A program made the position numbers and the translations under genes. Below, in pieces: positions 27,201 through 38,408 of a stretch of DNA of 64,000 nucleotides; position 1 is the stretch's first letter; each line of letters starts with the position of its first letter. The DNA is from Verrucomicrobiota bacterium. Lineage in GTDB: Bacteria > Verrucomicrobiota > Verrucomicrobiia > Limisphaerales > Palsa-1400. The stretch lies in assembly GCA_049510745.1 (NCBI GenBank), contig JBEKYR010000011.1, positions 73,932-137,931 of the forward strand, written 5' to 3'. The notes under the pieces are model-generated. The model saw only the letters and a program-made list of their open reading frames with translations. It was not told where the DNA came from and searched no databases.

Positions 27201-30200
27201 TTACGGGCTGACCGAGCCTGTCACTTGATAAAACTGCTGCGGCTGGTTGGTTGCCTGCGAATCGAGGAAGGAATACGTGCCAAAGGAGACTTCTGTCGGA
27301 TGGCCCAGATTCTGCCATTGGGGCAACGGCAACGCCAGGTTGGTCGTGCTCCACACGGTGAAGTCGGCGGCGGCGCCCGGAGTGCTGGTGAAGCTGAATT
27401 GCAGGCCGGCATTGGTTCCGCTGGTGCCACTGCCGTTGAATGTGACTCCGCTCAACGTCGGCGCCGCCAGCGCGTTGCTGGCCGCGTAGAAGTTCAGGTT
27501 GTCAATGGCGTAACCGTTGCCGCTGCCGCTGCCGTAAAAGTCAATCGACCATATCAACCAGAGAGCGCCGCCGGGGGTCCAGGGACTGGCCAGCGCCAGG
27601 TTGTTGGTTCCAAGATCGATTTGATTGCCCGGTTGCGTGCCATCAACCGTGGTGACGACAGGAGCGGTCGGGAAGCTGAAAAACAGATTCGACACCGGGA
27701 CCGCGTTGGAGATGGACTCCGCTGTCAACAGGAAATCGGACGCGGTCGGGTCCAGCGTGTAGCCAAAGGACATGACGCGCGACCCCGTGCCGTTGTGCCA
27801 CAGTTCGCCGATGAAACTGAGCGAGATGTAGTTCAACGGGCTGCCGGATTGGTTGACCAGTTTCAGGGCAAAGGTGGTCGAGCCGGTGGAGCCGGTGGAA
27901 AGCAAGCCCAGGGCGCGGTTCGTTCCGTTGACGCCGTTGTTGTCGTTGGGGCCGAAATCAATCACGCCGCCGGTGGTTTGATCGCCGTCCTGCGCTCCGA
28001 AACGGCTGATGCCATCCACGCCGGGAAACAACATGTCCGCCGCGCCGTACCAGCCGGGCATGGTGTTGGACAGGCCCAGGCCGCCCACATAACTGCTGTT
28101 GATGACGGGGTAGGCAAAGTCAAACGGATTGGCCAGCGAGTAGCTCAGGCCGGCGATGCTGCCCGGGTCCTGGGGGTTGTTGATGCTGTTGACCGAATTG
28201 CTGCCGGGGTCGGGCAGAGAGTCGAAGGTCTGAAGATAGAATTGATTGCTGTAAGCGACGAAGGAATGCGGGGGCGGGACCAGCACCGTGACGGTGGCGA
28301 CCTGGCTGGTCACACTGCCTCCGCCATTGCTGATGACAAGCTTGTAGGAACCCGCGTCGCCCGAGCCGACGGGATTAATCGTCAAAGTATTCCCGGCCGA
28401 GCCGCTGAATTCGTTCACATCGCTCAAGGGCGTGCCGCCCTTGTACCATTGATTGGTCAGCGGCGGAGTGCCGCCCGCCTGGGTGGCGGTCAACGAGGCG
28501 CTCAGGCCGACGAAAGTTGTGACCGATTGCGGCTGCCCGGCGGTAATGGTGGCGACATGATACTTCACCGCCAGCACATCGACGAGGTTGGAGGCAAAGC
28601 CCGCCGCATTGCTTGCCACCAGATAGTAACTGCCGCTATCGGAGGTCAACAAGTTCGAGATGGTGAGCGACGGGCCGGCTGAACCGGCGTACTTCGTTCC
28701 GTCGGTCAACGGAGCGCCACCGTAATACCATTGGAAGGTGAACGGCTCGGTGCCGGTCGGCGAGATGGCGGCGAAGGCCGCCAGGCCGTTGACATAGGCC
28801 GTCACGTTGGCCGGGGCGTTGGTGATGAGCGGGGCCTGGGGCGTCAAAGACACCGTCAAAAGGGCCGGCGGCGCGCTGGTCACAACCCCATACTGGTTGG
28901 AAACCACGCATTGATACGTGTCTCCATCATAATTGGTGTCCAGGTTGATTAACGAAAGAGAGGCGTTGGTCTCGTCCGTCAGACTGCTGCCATTTTGCAG
29001 CCACTGATAGCTCAAAGGATAGACGGAGTCGGCCGCGACGGTAAAGGTGGCGCTGCCGCCATTGGTCGTCGAGTAATTGGCCGGCTCGGAGGTGATCAAC
29101 GGCGTCAGGTCGGGCGAAAAATCAAGGCCGCGGAAGACTTCGTTGGTGGTGGTGGCCGTGGCCAGGGTCTGAGCGACCAGGTTCGTGCCGGGGTTGCCGC
29201 TGTCCACGACGCGGATGAGGCGGTTCTGGTTGGGATTGCCCTGGCTATTGTTGACGGGGGCGGTGCCGGTTTCCATGGTCGAGGCATAGATGATGGGATT
29301 GGGGCCGCTGAAATCCACGCAGATGCCAAAGCAGCCTTGCGTGGCGGTTTTCTGTTTGGTCGTGCCCAGATTTGTGGCGCTGAAATAATACGGCGCCGGC
29401 AGCCAGGCGCCATTGGTGTTGACAAATTTCACAATGCCGAACGTTTGATCCGCGCCATAGGCGATTGTGCCCGCGGGGTTCATGTCGAAATTGGCGATGT
29501 TCTTGTAGGTCGTGCCCCAATTGAGGAACAGGTTTGTCAGGACGAGGTGTTCCACCGGGTTGGGGACATCCGGATCATAAGGCAAGGGCACGACGGCATC
29601 GTTGTTTTGGGGGTCCACAAAATTATAGACGCCGCCGCCGGGGACGACCACATAAAGAGTGCCGTTGATGATGCGGGCCTCAGCCGCCGCCTGGATGTAG
29701 TTTTGCAGTTCGATGGGTGTGGGAGACTCCTGGGCATTGTAAAAAAGGGTGCCGGCCGCCTCGGAACTGGTTCCCGTCACATTGCCGGTCCCCCAGAAAT
29801 TGGTTCCATCGGCCGTGGCAATGCCGGTGGGATTATTCTGGGTCACTCCCAGAGGCAGTCCGAACCAATTAGCCAGGTCCTGATATAGAATCTGTTCATT
29901 GCCAAAGGCATCCACAATGCCAAAACCGCGGTAAACTGTCGGGTCCGAAGACGGTTTGGCATTGGTCGGGCTGAGAATGTTGCCCGTATAACCTTGGAGG
30001 GCCAGGAACTCACGATTGGCCGCGCGGGAAATGCCGCCGCCTTCCGAGCCGGCATGAGCGTTGATCCAAATGCCATTGGGGGCGTTGGTCGGCAACGTGA
30101 GCGAATAGAACGGCGCCGCCTGGTTGTTGGTGACCGGGTCAAATATCTGCACGAAACAAGGCTGCACCCTGGAGGTGCTGATGTTGTAATTGGTGTTGGG

Positions 30201-30317
30201 AAGCCCCGCTTTGAACACGGCCAGTTTCCCGGGCGGAATGACAATGTTGCTGTTTTGAGCCTGCGCTCCCAGCGCAAAAACAAGGGCCATCCCCGAAGCA
30301 AATAATAGTTTCTTCAT
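27201..30317 (-). CDS. Large secreted protein with immunoglobulin-like domains
   Basis: Signal peptide ending AQA; three Ig-like repeats (YQWLQNG..YQCVVSN; FQWYYGG..YYLVASN; NQWYKGG..YKLVISN); C-terminal STTNL..W...FYQV tail. Confidence 0.85.
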   Translation of the reverse strand: MKKLLFASGMALVFALGAQAQNSNIVIPPGKLAVFKAGLPNTNYNISTSRVQPCFVQIFDPVTNNQAAPFYSLTLPTNAPNGIWINAHAGSEGGGISRAANREFLALQGYTGNILSPTNAKPSSDPTVYRGFGIVDAFGNEQILYQDLANWFGLPLGVTQNNPTGIATADGTNFWGTGNVTGTSSEAAGTLFYNAQESPTPIELQNYIQAAAEARIINGTLYVVVPGGGVYNFVDPQNNDAVVPLPYDPDVPNPVEHLVLTNLFLNWGTTYKNIANFDMNPAGTIAYGADQTFGIVKFVNTNGAWLPAPYYFSATNLGTTKQKTATQGCFGICVDFSGPNPIIYASTMETGTAPVNNSQGNPNQNRLIRVVDSGNPGTNLVAQTLATATTTNEVFRGLDFSPDLTPLITSEPANYSTTNGGSATFTVAADSVYPLSYQWLQNGSSLTDETNASLSLINLDTNYDGDTYQCVVSNQYGVVTSAPPALLTVSLTPQAPLITNAPANVTAYVNGLAAFAAISPTGTEPFTFQWYYGGAPLTDGTKYAGSAGPSLTISNLLTSDSGSYYLVASNAAGFASNLVDVLAVKYHVATITAGQPQSVTTFVGLSASLTATQAGGTPPLTNQWYKGGTPLSDVNEFSGSAGNTLTINPVGSGDAGSYKLVISNGGGSVTSQVATVTVLVPPPHSFVAYSNQFYLQTFDSLPDPGSNSVNSINNPQDPGSIAGLSYSLANPFDFAYPVINSSYVGGLGLSNTMPGWYGAADMLFPGVDGISRFGAQDGDQTTGGVIDFGPNDNNGVNGTNRALGLLSTGSTGSTTFALKLVNQSGSPLNYISLSFIGELWHNGTGSRVMSFGYTLDPTASDFLLTAESISNAVPVSNLFFSFPTAPVVTTVDGTQPGNQIDLGTNNLALASPWTPGGALWLIWSIDFYGSGSGNGYAIDNLNFYAASNALAAPTLSGVTFNGSGTSGTNAGLQFSFTSTPGAAADFTVWSTTNLALPLPQWQNLGHPTEVSFGTYSFLDSQATNQPQQFYQVTGSVSP

Positions 30318-30536
30318 GAGTTTAATTTGTGTTGAAAAGTTTCTTCAAAGACGCCGCCGAGTAAAACAAACCCACGTTACAGAAAAAGGGCCGGAGAGTG
30401 ACGATTGCGTGAACTTTTATTGGGAAGCGCCCCGCCGCAAGTTTAACACATTCGTAACAATTCCGACACCTGATCGCAATTGAAGCCGTTTACATTTCGC
30501 GCGTTGTCGGCTGTTAGCCAATCCGGACTTTAAACT

Positions 30537-31373
30537 ATGAACGCGAACGATAGACGCGCCTTTACGCTGATTGAATTGCTGGTGGTGATCGCGATTATCG
30601 CGATCCTGGCCGCCCTGCTCCTGCCCGCCCTGGCCAGGGCCAAGGAACAGGCCAAACGCACCCGCTGCCTCAACAATTTAAAGCAATGGGGCCAGGCCTC
30701 GAGCATGTACGTGGATGACAACAACCAGGTCTTTCCGGAGACAAAAATCCCCAGCAGCACGCCCGGCGCGCCGCCCGGTTACAACGAGGACAACCCTTCC
30801 TGGACGGATTTGGCGGAATTCTATTTCAGCAGTCCGCCGCAAGGAATGGACGCGTGGTTTAACGCCCTGCCACCCTACATTGCGAGCAAACCCCTCTATT
30901 TCTATAAGGCCGTCGAGAACGGCAACGAGGGAGTGGACAATTTCAACGCGGGCGGAAACATTTTCACCTGTCCCACGGCAAAAATCGACCCGCTGGTCAA
31001 CGTCAATATCCGGGTCGCCTTTCAGTATGGGATGAATTCGAAGGCGCTGGACGAAGCGCCCAGCGGCGTCGTTTACCTCAAATCCCGGATGATTGCCCGT
31101 CCCTCCAGTTTCGTCCTGTTCTCCGAAGGCCGCACGCTCGTCAGCGAGACCCCCTTTTATGGCAGCGTGGCCAAGGAGACCGACATCTGCAAACCCCAGG
31201 TCTATACGACGGCGTTCTCCTCCCGGCACATGGCCGGCGGGTGCATCACCTTCAGCGACGATCACGCAGCCTGGTTCAAGTATGCTTACGTTTGCCTGAA
31301 TACCCCCTCCAAAGCCGCCGATCCGGGACGCCCGGACATCAATTGGGCCGCCGACGGCCACCGAGTGCCCTGA
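30537..31373 (+). CDS. Prepilin-type N-terminal cleavage/methylation domain protein (DUF1559-like)
   Basis: [38 protein letters not shown]-terminal RH.AGG..FSDDH (H-X9-DG variant). Confidence 0.92.
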   Translation: MNANDRRAFTLIELLVVIAIIAILAALLLPALARAKEQAKRTRCLNNLKQWGQASSMYVDDNNQVFPETKIPSSTPGAPPGYNEDNPSWTDLAEFYFSSPPQGMDAWFNALPPYIASKPLYFYKAVENGNEGVDNFNAGGNIFTCPTAKIDPLVNVNIRVAFQYGMNSKALDEAPSGVVYLKSRMIARPSSFVLFSEGRTLVSETPFYGSVAKETDICKPQVYTTAFSSRHMAGGCITFSDDHAAWFKYAYVCLNTPSKAADPGRPDINWAADGHRVP

Positions 31374-31407
31374 TTGGGAAATCAGCGATTGAAAATTTGT
31401 TGGCGGC

Positions 31408-32610
31408 TCACCGCGCCACTTCAAACGCGAACCCTTTCAGATATTCCGTTTCCGGCACCGCCGGCAGGATCGGGTGATCGGGCGATTGGGTGAACACCGC
31501 CACGCGGCGCAGGACGCGCCGGGCGTCAAACGCCGCGTCCAGAATCACGCTTTCAAACAGCGCCGCATCGACGTGGTGCGAACAGCAAAAAGTCGCCAGC
31601 GTGCCGCCGGGTTTCAAGAGCTTGAGCGCGCGCAGGTGGATTTCCTTGTAGCCGCGCAGGGCGTCGTCCACCGCCGCGCGCGTGCGGGTGAACGACGGCG
31701 GGTCCAGGATGATGGCGTCAAACCTGGGGATGACCTTCTCGTGCGGCTTGACCGCCGTGCGTTCCTTGAGCCAGTCAAAGACATTGACGGTTTCGACGGA
31801 GCATTTGCCGGCCAGACCGTTGGCGGCGGCGTGGCGCGCGGCGGCGGCGCACGCCTCGGCGCTTTGCTCCAGGCAATGGACCTGCGCCGCCCCGGCGCGC
31901 GCGCAGTGCAGGGCAAAGCCGCCCAAAAAACTGAAGCAGTCCAGGACCTGGCCGCTGTTGGCCAGGCCGGCGACCAGCGCGTAGTTTTTTTGCTGGTCCA
32001 GATAAAGGCCGGTCTTGTGCCCGCCGAGAATATCGACGTCGAATTTCAAGCCGTTCAGCTCAATCCGCACCGGGCCGTCGAGCGCGCCGCTGAGCAGGCC
32101 GTTGGTGTCCGGCAGACCCTCGAATTTCCGAAAGGCCGCTTCACTGCGCTCGACAATGGCGCGGGGCGCGAAGAGCGCCTGCAACGCCTCCACGATCATC
32201 GGCTTGCGCTGGTCCATGCCCAGCGATGAAATTTGCAGCACCAGCACCTCGGCGTATTTGTCGATGATCAACCCGCTCAGAAAATCGCTCTCGGCGTTGA
32301 CGACGCGGAAGGAAGTGGCGCCGGGCAGGTGTTTTTGGCGCACGGCCAACGCGGCGCGGATGCGGCTCTGGAAAAAATCCGTGTTGACGGCGACGCGTTC
32401 GGGATCGAGCACCCGCACCTGGATTTTCGATTTGGAATTGTAGAAGCCGACGCCCAGGAAGCGTTGCCGGTGGTCCTTGATCTGCACCAGCGCGCCATCG
32501 GCGGCGGGAGCGGTCGAGCGCAGAATCGAACCGGCGTAAATCCAGGGATGCCCGGCCAGGACGCGGTCCGCGGCGCCCGGTTTCAACAAAACAGTCGGTG
32601 TTGTTTCCAT
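31408..32610 (-). CDS. RlmI-family (23S rRNA m5C1962-type) SAM-dependent methyltransferase
   Basis: GHPWIY, ESDFLSGLIID, GHKTGLYLDQ, VLDCFSFLGGF, ILDPPSF, SPDHP, ETEYLK. Confidence 0.92.
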   Translation of the reverse strand: METTPTVLLKPGAADRVLAGHPWIYAGSILRSTAPAADGALVQIKDHRQRFLGVGFYNSKSKIQVRVLDPERVAVNTDFFQSRIRAALAVRQKHLPGATSFRVVNAESDFLSGLIIDKYAEVLVLQISSLGMDQRKPMIVEALQALFAPRAIVERSEAAFRKFEGLPDTNGLLSGALDGPVRIELNGLKFDVDILGGHKTGLYLDQQKNYALVAGLANSGQVLDCFSFLGGFALHCARAGAAQVHCLEQSAEACAAAARHAAANGLAGKCSVETVNVFDWLKERTAVKPHEKVIPRFDAIILDPPSFTRTRAAVDDALRGYKEIHLRALKLLKPGGTLATFCCSHHVDAALFESVILDAAFDARRVLRRVAVFTQSPDHPILPAVPETEYLKGFAFEVAR

Positions 32611-32722
32611 AAATTGGGGGAACGGTTTGTCACCCGGCTGGCAGAATACCGTAAAAGCCGCCATAGTCCAACGGCATTGCGGGAATTGCGCACGCCGCCG
32701 CTTTTGTCAATGATGGCGGTGG

Positions 32723-34327
32723 ATGGATTGCATCATCGTCAACGCCGCTGTGCGCACGATGGCGGACGCCCCTCACCCGGCGCGCGCCACGGCCGTCGCG
32801 GTCCGCGGCAATCGCATCAGCCGGGTGGGCGAAAGCGGCGAGATTCGCGCGCTGGCGGGGAAAAATACGCGCGTCATCGACGCCCGCCGCCAGTTGCTCC
32901 TGCCGGGGTTCAACGACGCGCACGTGCATTTTCTTGACGGCGGATTTTCGTTGTCGAATGTCAGCCTGCGCGATGCTGGTTCGACGGCGGAGTTTATCCG
33001 GCGCATCGCCGGGCACGCCCGAAAAACGCCGCCGGGGAAATGGATCATCGGCGGCGAGTGGGACCACGAACGGTGGCCGGGCGCGCCGCTGCCCACCCGG
33101 CAAATGATCGACGCCGTCACGCCGGACAACCCTGTTTTTCTCAGCCGCCTGGATGGACACATGGCGCTGGCCAATGGACTGGCGCTGAAATTGGCGGGCG
33201 TGACCCGGCAAATCCAGGATGTGCCGGGCGGCTCGGTGGTGCGCGATCCCGCCACGGGCGAACCGACCGGCCTTTTGAAGGACGCGGCCATGGATTATGT
33301 CCGGCGCGTTGTTCCGCGGCCCGGCGCGGCGGAAAAAAAGGAGGCCGCGCGTCGCGCCACCGATTACGCCGCGCAATTGGGCGTCACCAGCGTGCAGGAT
33401 GTTTTGGCCGGCGACGATGTGGAAATTTATCGCGCGCTGGCGGAGAGCGGCGAGTTGAAGACGCGCGTCTATGGCCTCCATCCCATCGCGCGCTGGGAGG
33501 AATTGGCCGCCAAAAAGGAGCGCCCGCAATCCGCCACCGGCATGGTCCGCACCGGCGGCGTCAAAGGTTTTGCCGACGGCAGCCTCGGCTCGGCGACCGC
33601 CTTTTTCTTCGAGCCTTACCTGGACGATCCGAAGAATTGCGGTTTGGCCGGCGAACAAATGTTTCCGGAAGGCGCGATGCTGCGGCGCGTCCTGGGCGCG
33701 GACCGGGCCGGCCTGCAAGTGGCCCTGCACGCCATCGGCGACCGCGCCAATTTTGAAGTCCTGAACCTGTTCCAAACCGCCGCCGAACAAAATGGCCCGC
33801 GCGACCGGCGGTTCCGCATCGAACACGCGCAGCATCTGCGGCGCGCCGACATCCCCCGCTTTGGGCGGCAACGGGTCATCGCCTCGGTGCAGCCGTATCA
33901 CGCCATCGACGACGGGCGCTGGTGCCAGCGGCGCCTGGGGCCGGAGCGCTTGCGGGGGACGTACGCGTTTCGCTCGTTGCTGGACGCGGGCGCGACGCTG
34001 GCGCTGGGCACGGACTGGGTGGTCGCGCCGCTGGACCCGATGCTGACGCTTTTCGCGGCGGTCACGCGCCGCACGCTGGACGGCCAGCATCCCGGCGGCT
34101 GGCTGCCGGAACAGAAGGTGACCGTCGGGGAAGCGGTGCGGGCCTACACCGCCGGGTCGGCCTGGGCGGAGTTCGCCGAGGGCTGGAAAGGGAGGATCGT
34201 TCCCGGCCAGGCGGCCGATCTTGTTTTGCTTGACAGAAATATCTTTGAAATCGCGCCGGAGGAAATTCCCACCGTGCGCGTCGCGCTCACGATGGTGGAC
34301 GGGCGGGTGGTTTGGGAGAGGCGGTGA
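32723..34327 (+). CDS. Amidohydrolase-3 family (YtcJ-like) metallohydrolase
   Basis: [56 protein letters not shown]. Confidence 0.92.
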   Translation: MDCIIVNAAVRTMADAPHPARATAVAVRGNRISRVGESGEIRALAGKNTRVIDARRQLLLPGFNDAHVHFLDGGFSLSNVSLRDAGSTAEFIRRIAGHARKTPPGKWIIGGEWDHERWPGAPLPTRQMIDAVTPDNPVFLSRLDGHMALANGLALKLAGVTRQIQDVPGGSVVRDPATGEPTGLLKDAAMDYVRRVVPRPGAAEKKEAARRATDYAAQLGVTSVQDVLAGDDVEIYRALAESGELKTRVYGLHPIARWEELAAKKERPQSATGMVRTGGVKGFADGSLGSATAFFFEPYLDDPKNCGLAGEQMFPEGAMLRRVLGADRAGLQVALHAIGDRANFEVLNLFQTAAEQNGPRDRRFRIEHAQHLRRADIPRFGRQRVIASVQPYHAIDDGRWCQRRLGPERLRGTYAFRSLLDAGATLALGTDWVVAPLDPMLTLFAAVTRRTLDGQHPGGWLPEQKVTVGEAVRAYTAGSAWAEFAEGWKGRIVPGQAADLVLLDRNIFEIAPEEIPTVRVALTMVDGRVVWERR

Positions 34328-34328
34328 G

Positions 34329-34979
34329 TTACGGCGGATTGTCTTGCAGCCAGGTGTCGATCGAGGCGGACCACTGGTCCCAATTGGTGCCGTTGTCCTC
34401 CTGGATGAGCAGTTCGAGCATCTCGCGGGCCTGATCTTTGAGCGGATGCTCGTCGTCGCGGGCGACAGCCAGGAGCATTGGCAGCTTGAGCGCGTTGTTG
34501 CGGTTGAGCAGATCGTTGAGCAGCACGGACGAAACGGCGGAGGGCGTGGCCGAGTTGGTCAGCAATTGGGCGGCGCCATCGTAATGGTCGTCCTGCACCA
34601 TGTTGACCAGGTGCTGCGACAACTCGACTTGCGCATCGGGCGGGGCGGTGGGGATCAGGGCCAGGATGTGGTCGGCCTTGGCGTTGTCCTCGTCGCTGGA
34701 GAGAAGAATGTCATCGAGTTTTTGTTCCCAATCGGCCGTCCCCGGCGCGAGCATGGGATCGGTGGTGGGCGGCGTGGGCGGCGGCTGGGAGGCGGCGGGT
34801 TTGGTTTCCGCCACAGGCGGGGCGACCGGCAACGCGATGGGCGGCGGATTGGTGCTGGGCGGAACCGCAATAGGCTGGACGGCGCCCCGGCGGCTGACCA
34901 GCCAGCCGAGCAAAATCCCCGCGCCCCCGGCCAGCGCCAGCACAGCGACCACCCTCGCCACCTTTGCCAAATTAGTCAT
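34329..34979 (-). CDS. Hypothetical membrane-anchored protein with Pro-rich linker and helical domain
   Basis: N-terminal TM, Pro/Thr linker, acidic helical C-domain. Confidence 0.75.
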   Translation of the reverse strand: MTNLAKVARVVAVLALAGGAGILLGWLVSRRGAVQPIAVPPSTNPPPIALPVAPPVAETKPAASQPPPTPPTTDPMLAPGTADWEQKLDDILLSSDEDNAKADHILALIPTAPPDAQVELSQHLVNMVQDDHYDGAAQLLTNSATPSAVSSVLLNDLLNRNNALKLPMLLAVARDDEHPLKDQAREMLELLIQEDNGTNWDQWSASIDTWLQDNPP

Positions 34980-35242
34980 GCCTCAGTCTTACAAATTAAC
35001 CCCAGGAGGTCAATTTCGTTGCGGCGGGATGTTGCCCGCCGGGGGCATCTCAACTTTTGGACAATCCCCAGGCCGGGACGCCACCGCAACGCGCAGGCAG
35101 GATCGATCCCTCCCGCCGGCTGGTCCGCCAAAGCCTTGGCGACGGCGGACATCTCACCGGCCGAAATCAGGGCGCGGCACCAAGCGCCATTTGGTGGACA
35201 GAGTGAGGGCATCGCCATGGATTCATGGCGAATTCAGAATTG

Positions 35243-35279
35243 AGACTCCCCGCATTGAAAGCCGCAATGCGGGGAGTCT
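35243..35279. terminator. Perfect 15-bp stem-loop, probable terminator or structural hairpin
   Basis: AGACTCCCCGCATTG-aaagccg-CAATGCGGGGAGTCT. Confidence 0.6.
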
Positions 35280-35455
35280 AACTTCAAATTTCCCCTCTGT
35301 CGAGAAAAATTTGGAATCCGGGCGGGCCGACGGGCGTATCTCGGTTTTTGGACTTCCTGCGACCATGTCCGATCCCTGCCAAAAACTGAGATGCGCGCTT
35401 GCCCGCCGCGGCTGAAGGCTGTGGGTTCGTCAGATAACGTCCACTGGATGGGACG

Positions 35456-35674
35456 TTATCCAAACATCGAGTTGCTTGAATCGCTGCTTGAGTTTCGCCT
35501 TGGGGCGGGACCAATCACTGTGAACTTAATTCCTTGCTCTGCCAGGAAACTCAGGGCCGGGGCCGGCACAGCCGTCTCGCCCGAGGCCCAGCTTTTGCCG
35601 GAGAACCGCGGAATGAGTTTGCCGAGCGCCCGTTGCTCGGTTTCCTTGTCTTGAAACTGAATGAGAATCTGCAT
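35456..35674 (-). CDS. Small hypothetical protein (72 aa), antitoxin-like
   Basis: MQILIQFQDKETEQRALGKLIPRFSGKSWASGETAVPAPALSFLAEQGIKFTVIGPA; ATG start within ORF 35456..35851. Confidence 0.55.
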   Translation of the reverse strand: MQILIQFQDKETEQRALGKLIPRFSGKSWASGETAVPAPALSFLAEQGIKFTVIGPAPRRNSSSDSSNSMFG

Positions 35675-35757
35675 AGCCCAAACTAATTTGAAACGCACCT
35701 TCTGGCAAGGCGGATGACGTTGTGGCTGATAACAGCCGCTGCCTTCAGGCTGCTTCG

Positions 35758-37932
35758 TCAGGCGCGCAAGCCGTCCGGTGCAAGCGGCAGGGAGCGGAGA
35801 CGGATGTTTGCGGCGTCGAAAATGGCGTTTGCAACGGCGGGGGCGATGCAAACGATGGGCGTTTCGCCCGCGCCGGCGGAGGGGATGTCTTTGCGGTCGA
35901 TGAGCACGACTTCGATTTTGGGCAGGTCGGTGAAGCGCGGGACGCGGTAATCGGAGAGGCGCGGGTTGGTCACTTTGCCGTTTTCAAATTCAATGGCCTC
36001 AAAGAGCGCGCCGCCCAGGCCCATCACCAAGGCTCCCTCCACCTGGTTTTTCAGGTGATTAGGATTGACAACAGCTCCGCAGTCGAAGGCGCTGACGGCG
36101 CGGAGCACTCTGACGGTCCCGCTTTCCTGGTCGGTGAGAACCTCGGCGCAGGTGGCCACGTAGGAGCCTTTTTCGGTGCCGCCGGCCAGGCCGATGCCGC
36201 GTCCGTTGCCGCTCTTGGCCGCGCGCCAGCCGAAAGTGTCGGCGGCGGCTTGGAGGACAGCGCGCAGGCGGGGATCCTTCAGGTTTTTGAGGCGGAAATC
36301 CAGCGGGTCCATTTTGACGGCGTGGGCCAGTTCGTCGATGTGCGATTCGCGGGCGAAATGATTGGCGGTCGCAGCCAGGGCGCGGTAGGAGCCTTGGCGC
36401 AGAGGGGAGCGGGAGGGGTGAAATTCGGATTTCTGATTCGGCACGTCGTAGGGGCAGCGCAGGCCGGAGTTGCCGGAGTTGTAATTGTAGGCCTCCCAGG
36501 CGGTTAACGTGCCGTCGTCGCGCGCGCCGCTGGAGATGTCGATGAGGCCGGCGGGGCGGAAATAGGCCCAGGTGAATTCTTCTTGACGCGTCCAGACCAG
36601 TTTGACCGGCTGGCCCGCCGCTTTCGCCAGTCGGGCGGCTTCGATGGCGGCTTCGCCGGAGTGTTTGCCGCCGTAACCGGCGCCGGTGTCGGGCACGATG
36701 ACGTGAACGCTCTCTTCCGGGAGGCCAAAGGCTTCCGCCAGCTCGGAGCGCACGCCAAAGGGGCGCTGCGAGCCGGTCCACACGGTCAGTTTGCCGCCCT
36801 CCCATTGGGCCGCCGCGGCGCGCGGTTCCAAGGGCACGTGGGCGATGTAAGCAACGGTGTAGGTGGCTTGCAGTTTGTGCGAGGCGGCGTTCAAACCTTC
36901 CTCGATTGAGCCGGCGTTGTCACCGCCGCCGCGCCCCTCGCCGCGCCCGCCGCCGGCGCTGGCATTCTTGCGGAGGTAATCGAAAAGTTCGGCGCTGGAA
37001 GGCTGCGGTTTGACGCTCCATTTGGCGCGGAGGGCGTCGAGGGCGTGGTTGGCGGAAACCTCGTCCGGCGCGGTCACGCCGATAAAATCGCCGTCGCGCA
37101 CGACCGTGACTCCCGGTATCTGCTCCGCCGCGGACGTGTCCAGCGATTCGATTGTAGCCTGAAAGGCAGAGGGGCGCAGGATCTTGCCGTGGAGCATTCC
37201 GGGCAGTTTGGTGTCCGAAGCGTATTTATGTTTGCCGGTGACAAAGTCGCGGCCATCGACTTTGGCGACGGACGTGCCCGCGATCTTCCAATCCTTGGCC
37301 GGCGTGGCGGGGGCGTCGCCGTTGACCGATCTGACCAGCTTCTGTCCCTTGGTCAACTGGCCGAAAGTGACGGAGTCGGCCCCGCCGGATTTCGATATTT
37401 TTCCATCGGCGCACAGCAGCGTGGAACGGCTGGCTTTGAAGTGATCGGCGGCCAGGTCCAACAACGCTTCGCGGGCGGCGGCGGCGATGTTGTGCAGGCG
37501 GGAAGCCATCTGCGGCGTCGTCATGCTGCCGAAGGTGCCCATATCGAAGGGGGTCAATTGCGTGTCGGCCATGACGAGTTTGATGGAGGCGGCGGGCAGG
37601 CGCAATTCCTCGGCGACCGCCTGGGTCAGGGAGGTGCGGATGTTTTGCCCGACTTCCGCTTTGCCGGTGAAAACGGTGACGGCGCCATCTTCGCCGATAT
37701 GAAGCCAGGCGTTGATGTCGGCGGGGACTTGGCCGCCGCGACCGCCGCGCCGTCTGGCGCCGCCGGATTCCTGGGCAAGGGCCGGGCTGGCGACGCACAA
37801 GACGAGCAGGCCGCCGCCGAGCAGCTTGAAGAATTGGCGGCGGTCCACCGCGAAATGGTAGCGGCGCGCTTCGCGCAGTTCATAGCGTTCCGGTTCGAGG
37901 AGCAATTCGTCGGGTGGATCCAGGGGATTCAT
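35758..37932 (-). CDS. Xanthine dehydrogenase family molybdopterin-binding subunit (IorB-like), Tat-exported
   Basis: RRQFFKLLGGG Tat motif; GKAEVGQNIRT, GTFGS, AHVPLEP, GAGYGGK, NQVEG, GAGE...APAVANAIFDA...RSLP. Confidence 0.92.
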   Translation of the reverse strand: MNPLDPPDELLLEPERYELREARRYHFAVDRRQFFKLLGGGLLVLCVASPALAQESGGARRRGGRGGQVPADINAWLHIGEDGAVTVFTGKAEVGQNIRTSLTQAVAEELRLPAASIKLVMADTQLTPFDMGTFGSMTTPQMASRLHNIAAAAREALLDLAADHFKASRSTLLCADGKISKSGGADSVTFGQLTKGQKLVRSVNGDAPATPAKDWKIAGTSVAKVDGRDFVTGKHKYASDTKLPGMLHGKILRPSAFQATIESLDTSAAEQIPGVTVVRDGDFIGVTAPDEVSANHALDALRAKWSVKPQPSSAELFDYLRKNASAGGGRGEGRGGGDNAGSIEEGLNAASHKLQATYTVAYIAHVPLEPRAAAAQWEGGKLTVWTGSQRPFGVRSELAEAFGLPEESVHVIVPDTGAGYGGKHSGEAAIEAARLAKAAGQPVKLVWTRQEEFTWAYFRPAGLIDISSGARDDGTLTAWEAYNYNSGNSGLRCPYDVPNQKSEFHPSRSPLRQGSYRALAATANHFARESHIDELAHAVKMDPLDFRLKNLKDPRLRAVLQAAADTFGWRAAKSGNGRGIGLAGGTEKGSYVATCAEVLTDQESGTVRVLRAVSAFDCGAVVNPNHLKNQVEGALVMGLGGALFEAIEFENGKVTNPRLSDYRVPRFTDLPKIEVVLIDRKDIPSAGAGETPIVCIAPAVANAIFDAANIRLRSLPLAPDGLRA

Positions 37933-38408
37933 TTGGCGCCTCCTTGAAGGGTGGCGGCGGCTTCCTTGATGGCGGCGACGATGCGTTGATAAGCGCCGCA
38001 GCGGCAAACGTTGCCGTCCATGGCCCGGATGATTTCCGGCTGGGAAGGGTTTTTACGTTTCTGCAACAGAGCCAGGCCGGACATGATCATGCCGCAGGTG
38101 CAGTAACCGCATTGGAAGGCGTCGTGTTTGAGGAAGGCTTCCTGCAAGGGGTGGAGTTGGCCGTTTTGTTCGAGGCTTTCGATGGTGACGATCTGGCGCT
38201 GGCCGACGCTGCCGACGGGGAGCTGGCAGGAGCGGATGGGGGCGCCGTCCACCAAAACGGTGCAAGCGCCGCAACGGCCCTCGCCGCAGCCGTATTTGGC
38301 GCCGGTGAGAGCGAGGTCGTCGCGCAACACGCTCAAGAGGGTGCGCTCGCCCTCGGCGTCGATTTTGGCGTCGTTGCCATTGACGTGAAGTAGCGTGACT
38401 TTGGCCAT
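37929..38408 (-). CDS. (2Fe-2S)-binding small subunit (IorA/CoxS-like)
   Basis: GAKYGCGEGRCGACTV, QCGYCTCG, GNVCRCGAY. Confidence 0.95.
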   Translation of the reverse strand: MAKVTLLHVNGNDAKIDAEGERTLLSVLRDDLALTGAKYGCGEGRCGACTVLVDGAPIRSCQLPVGSVGQRQIVTIESLEQNGQLHPLQEAFLKHDAFQCGYCTCGMIMSGLALLQKRKNPSQPEIIRAMDGNVCRCGAYQRIVAAIKEAAATLQGGAK

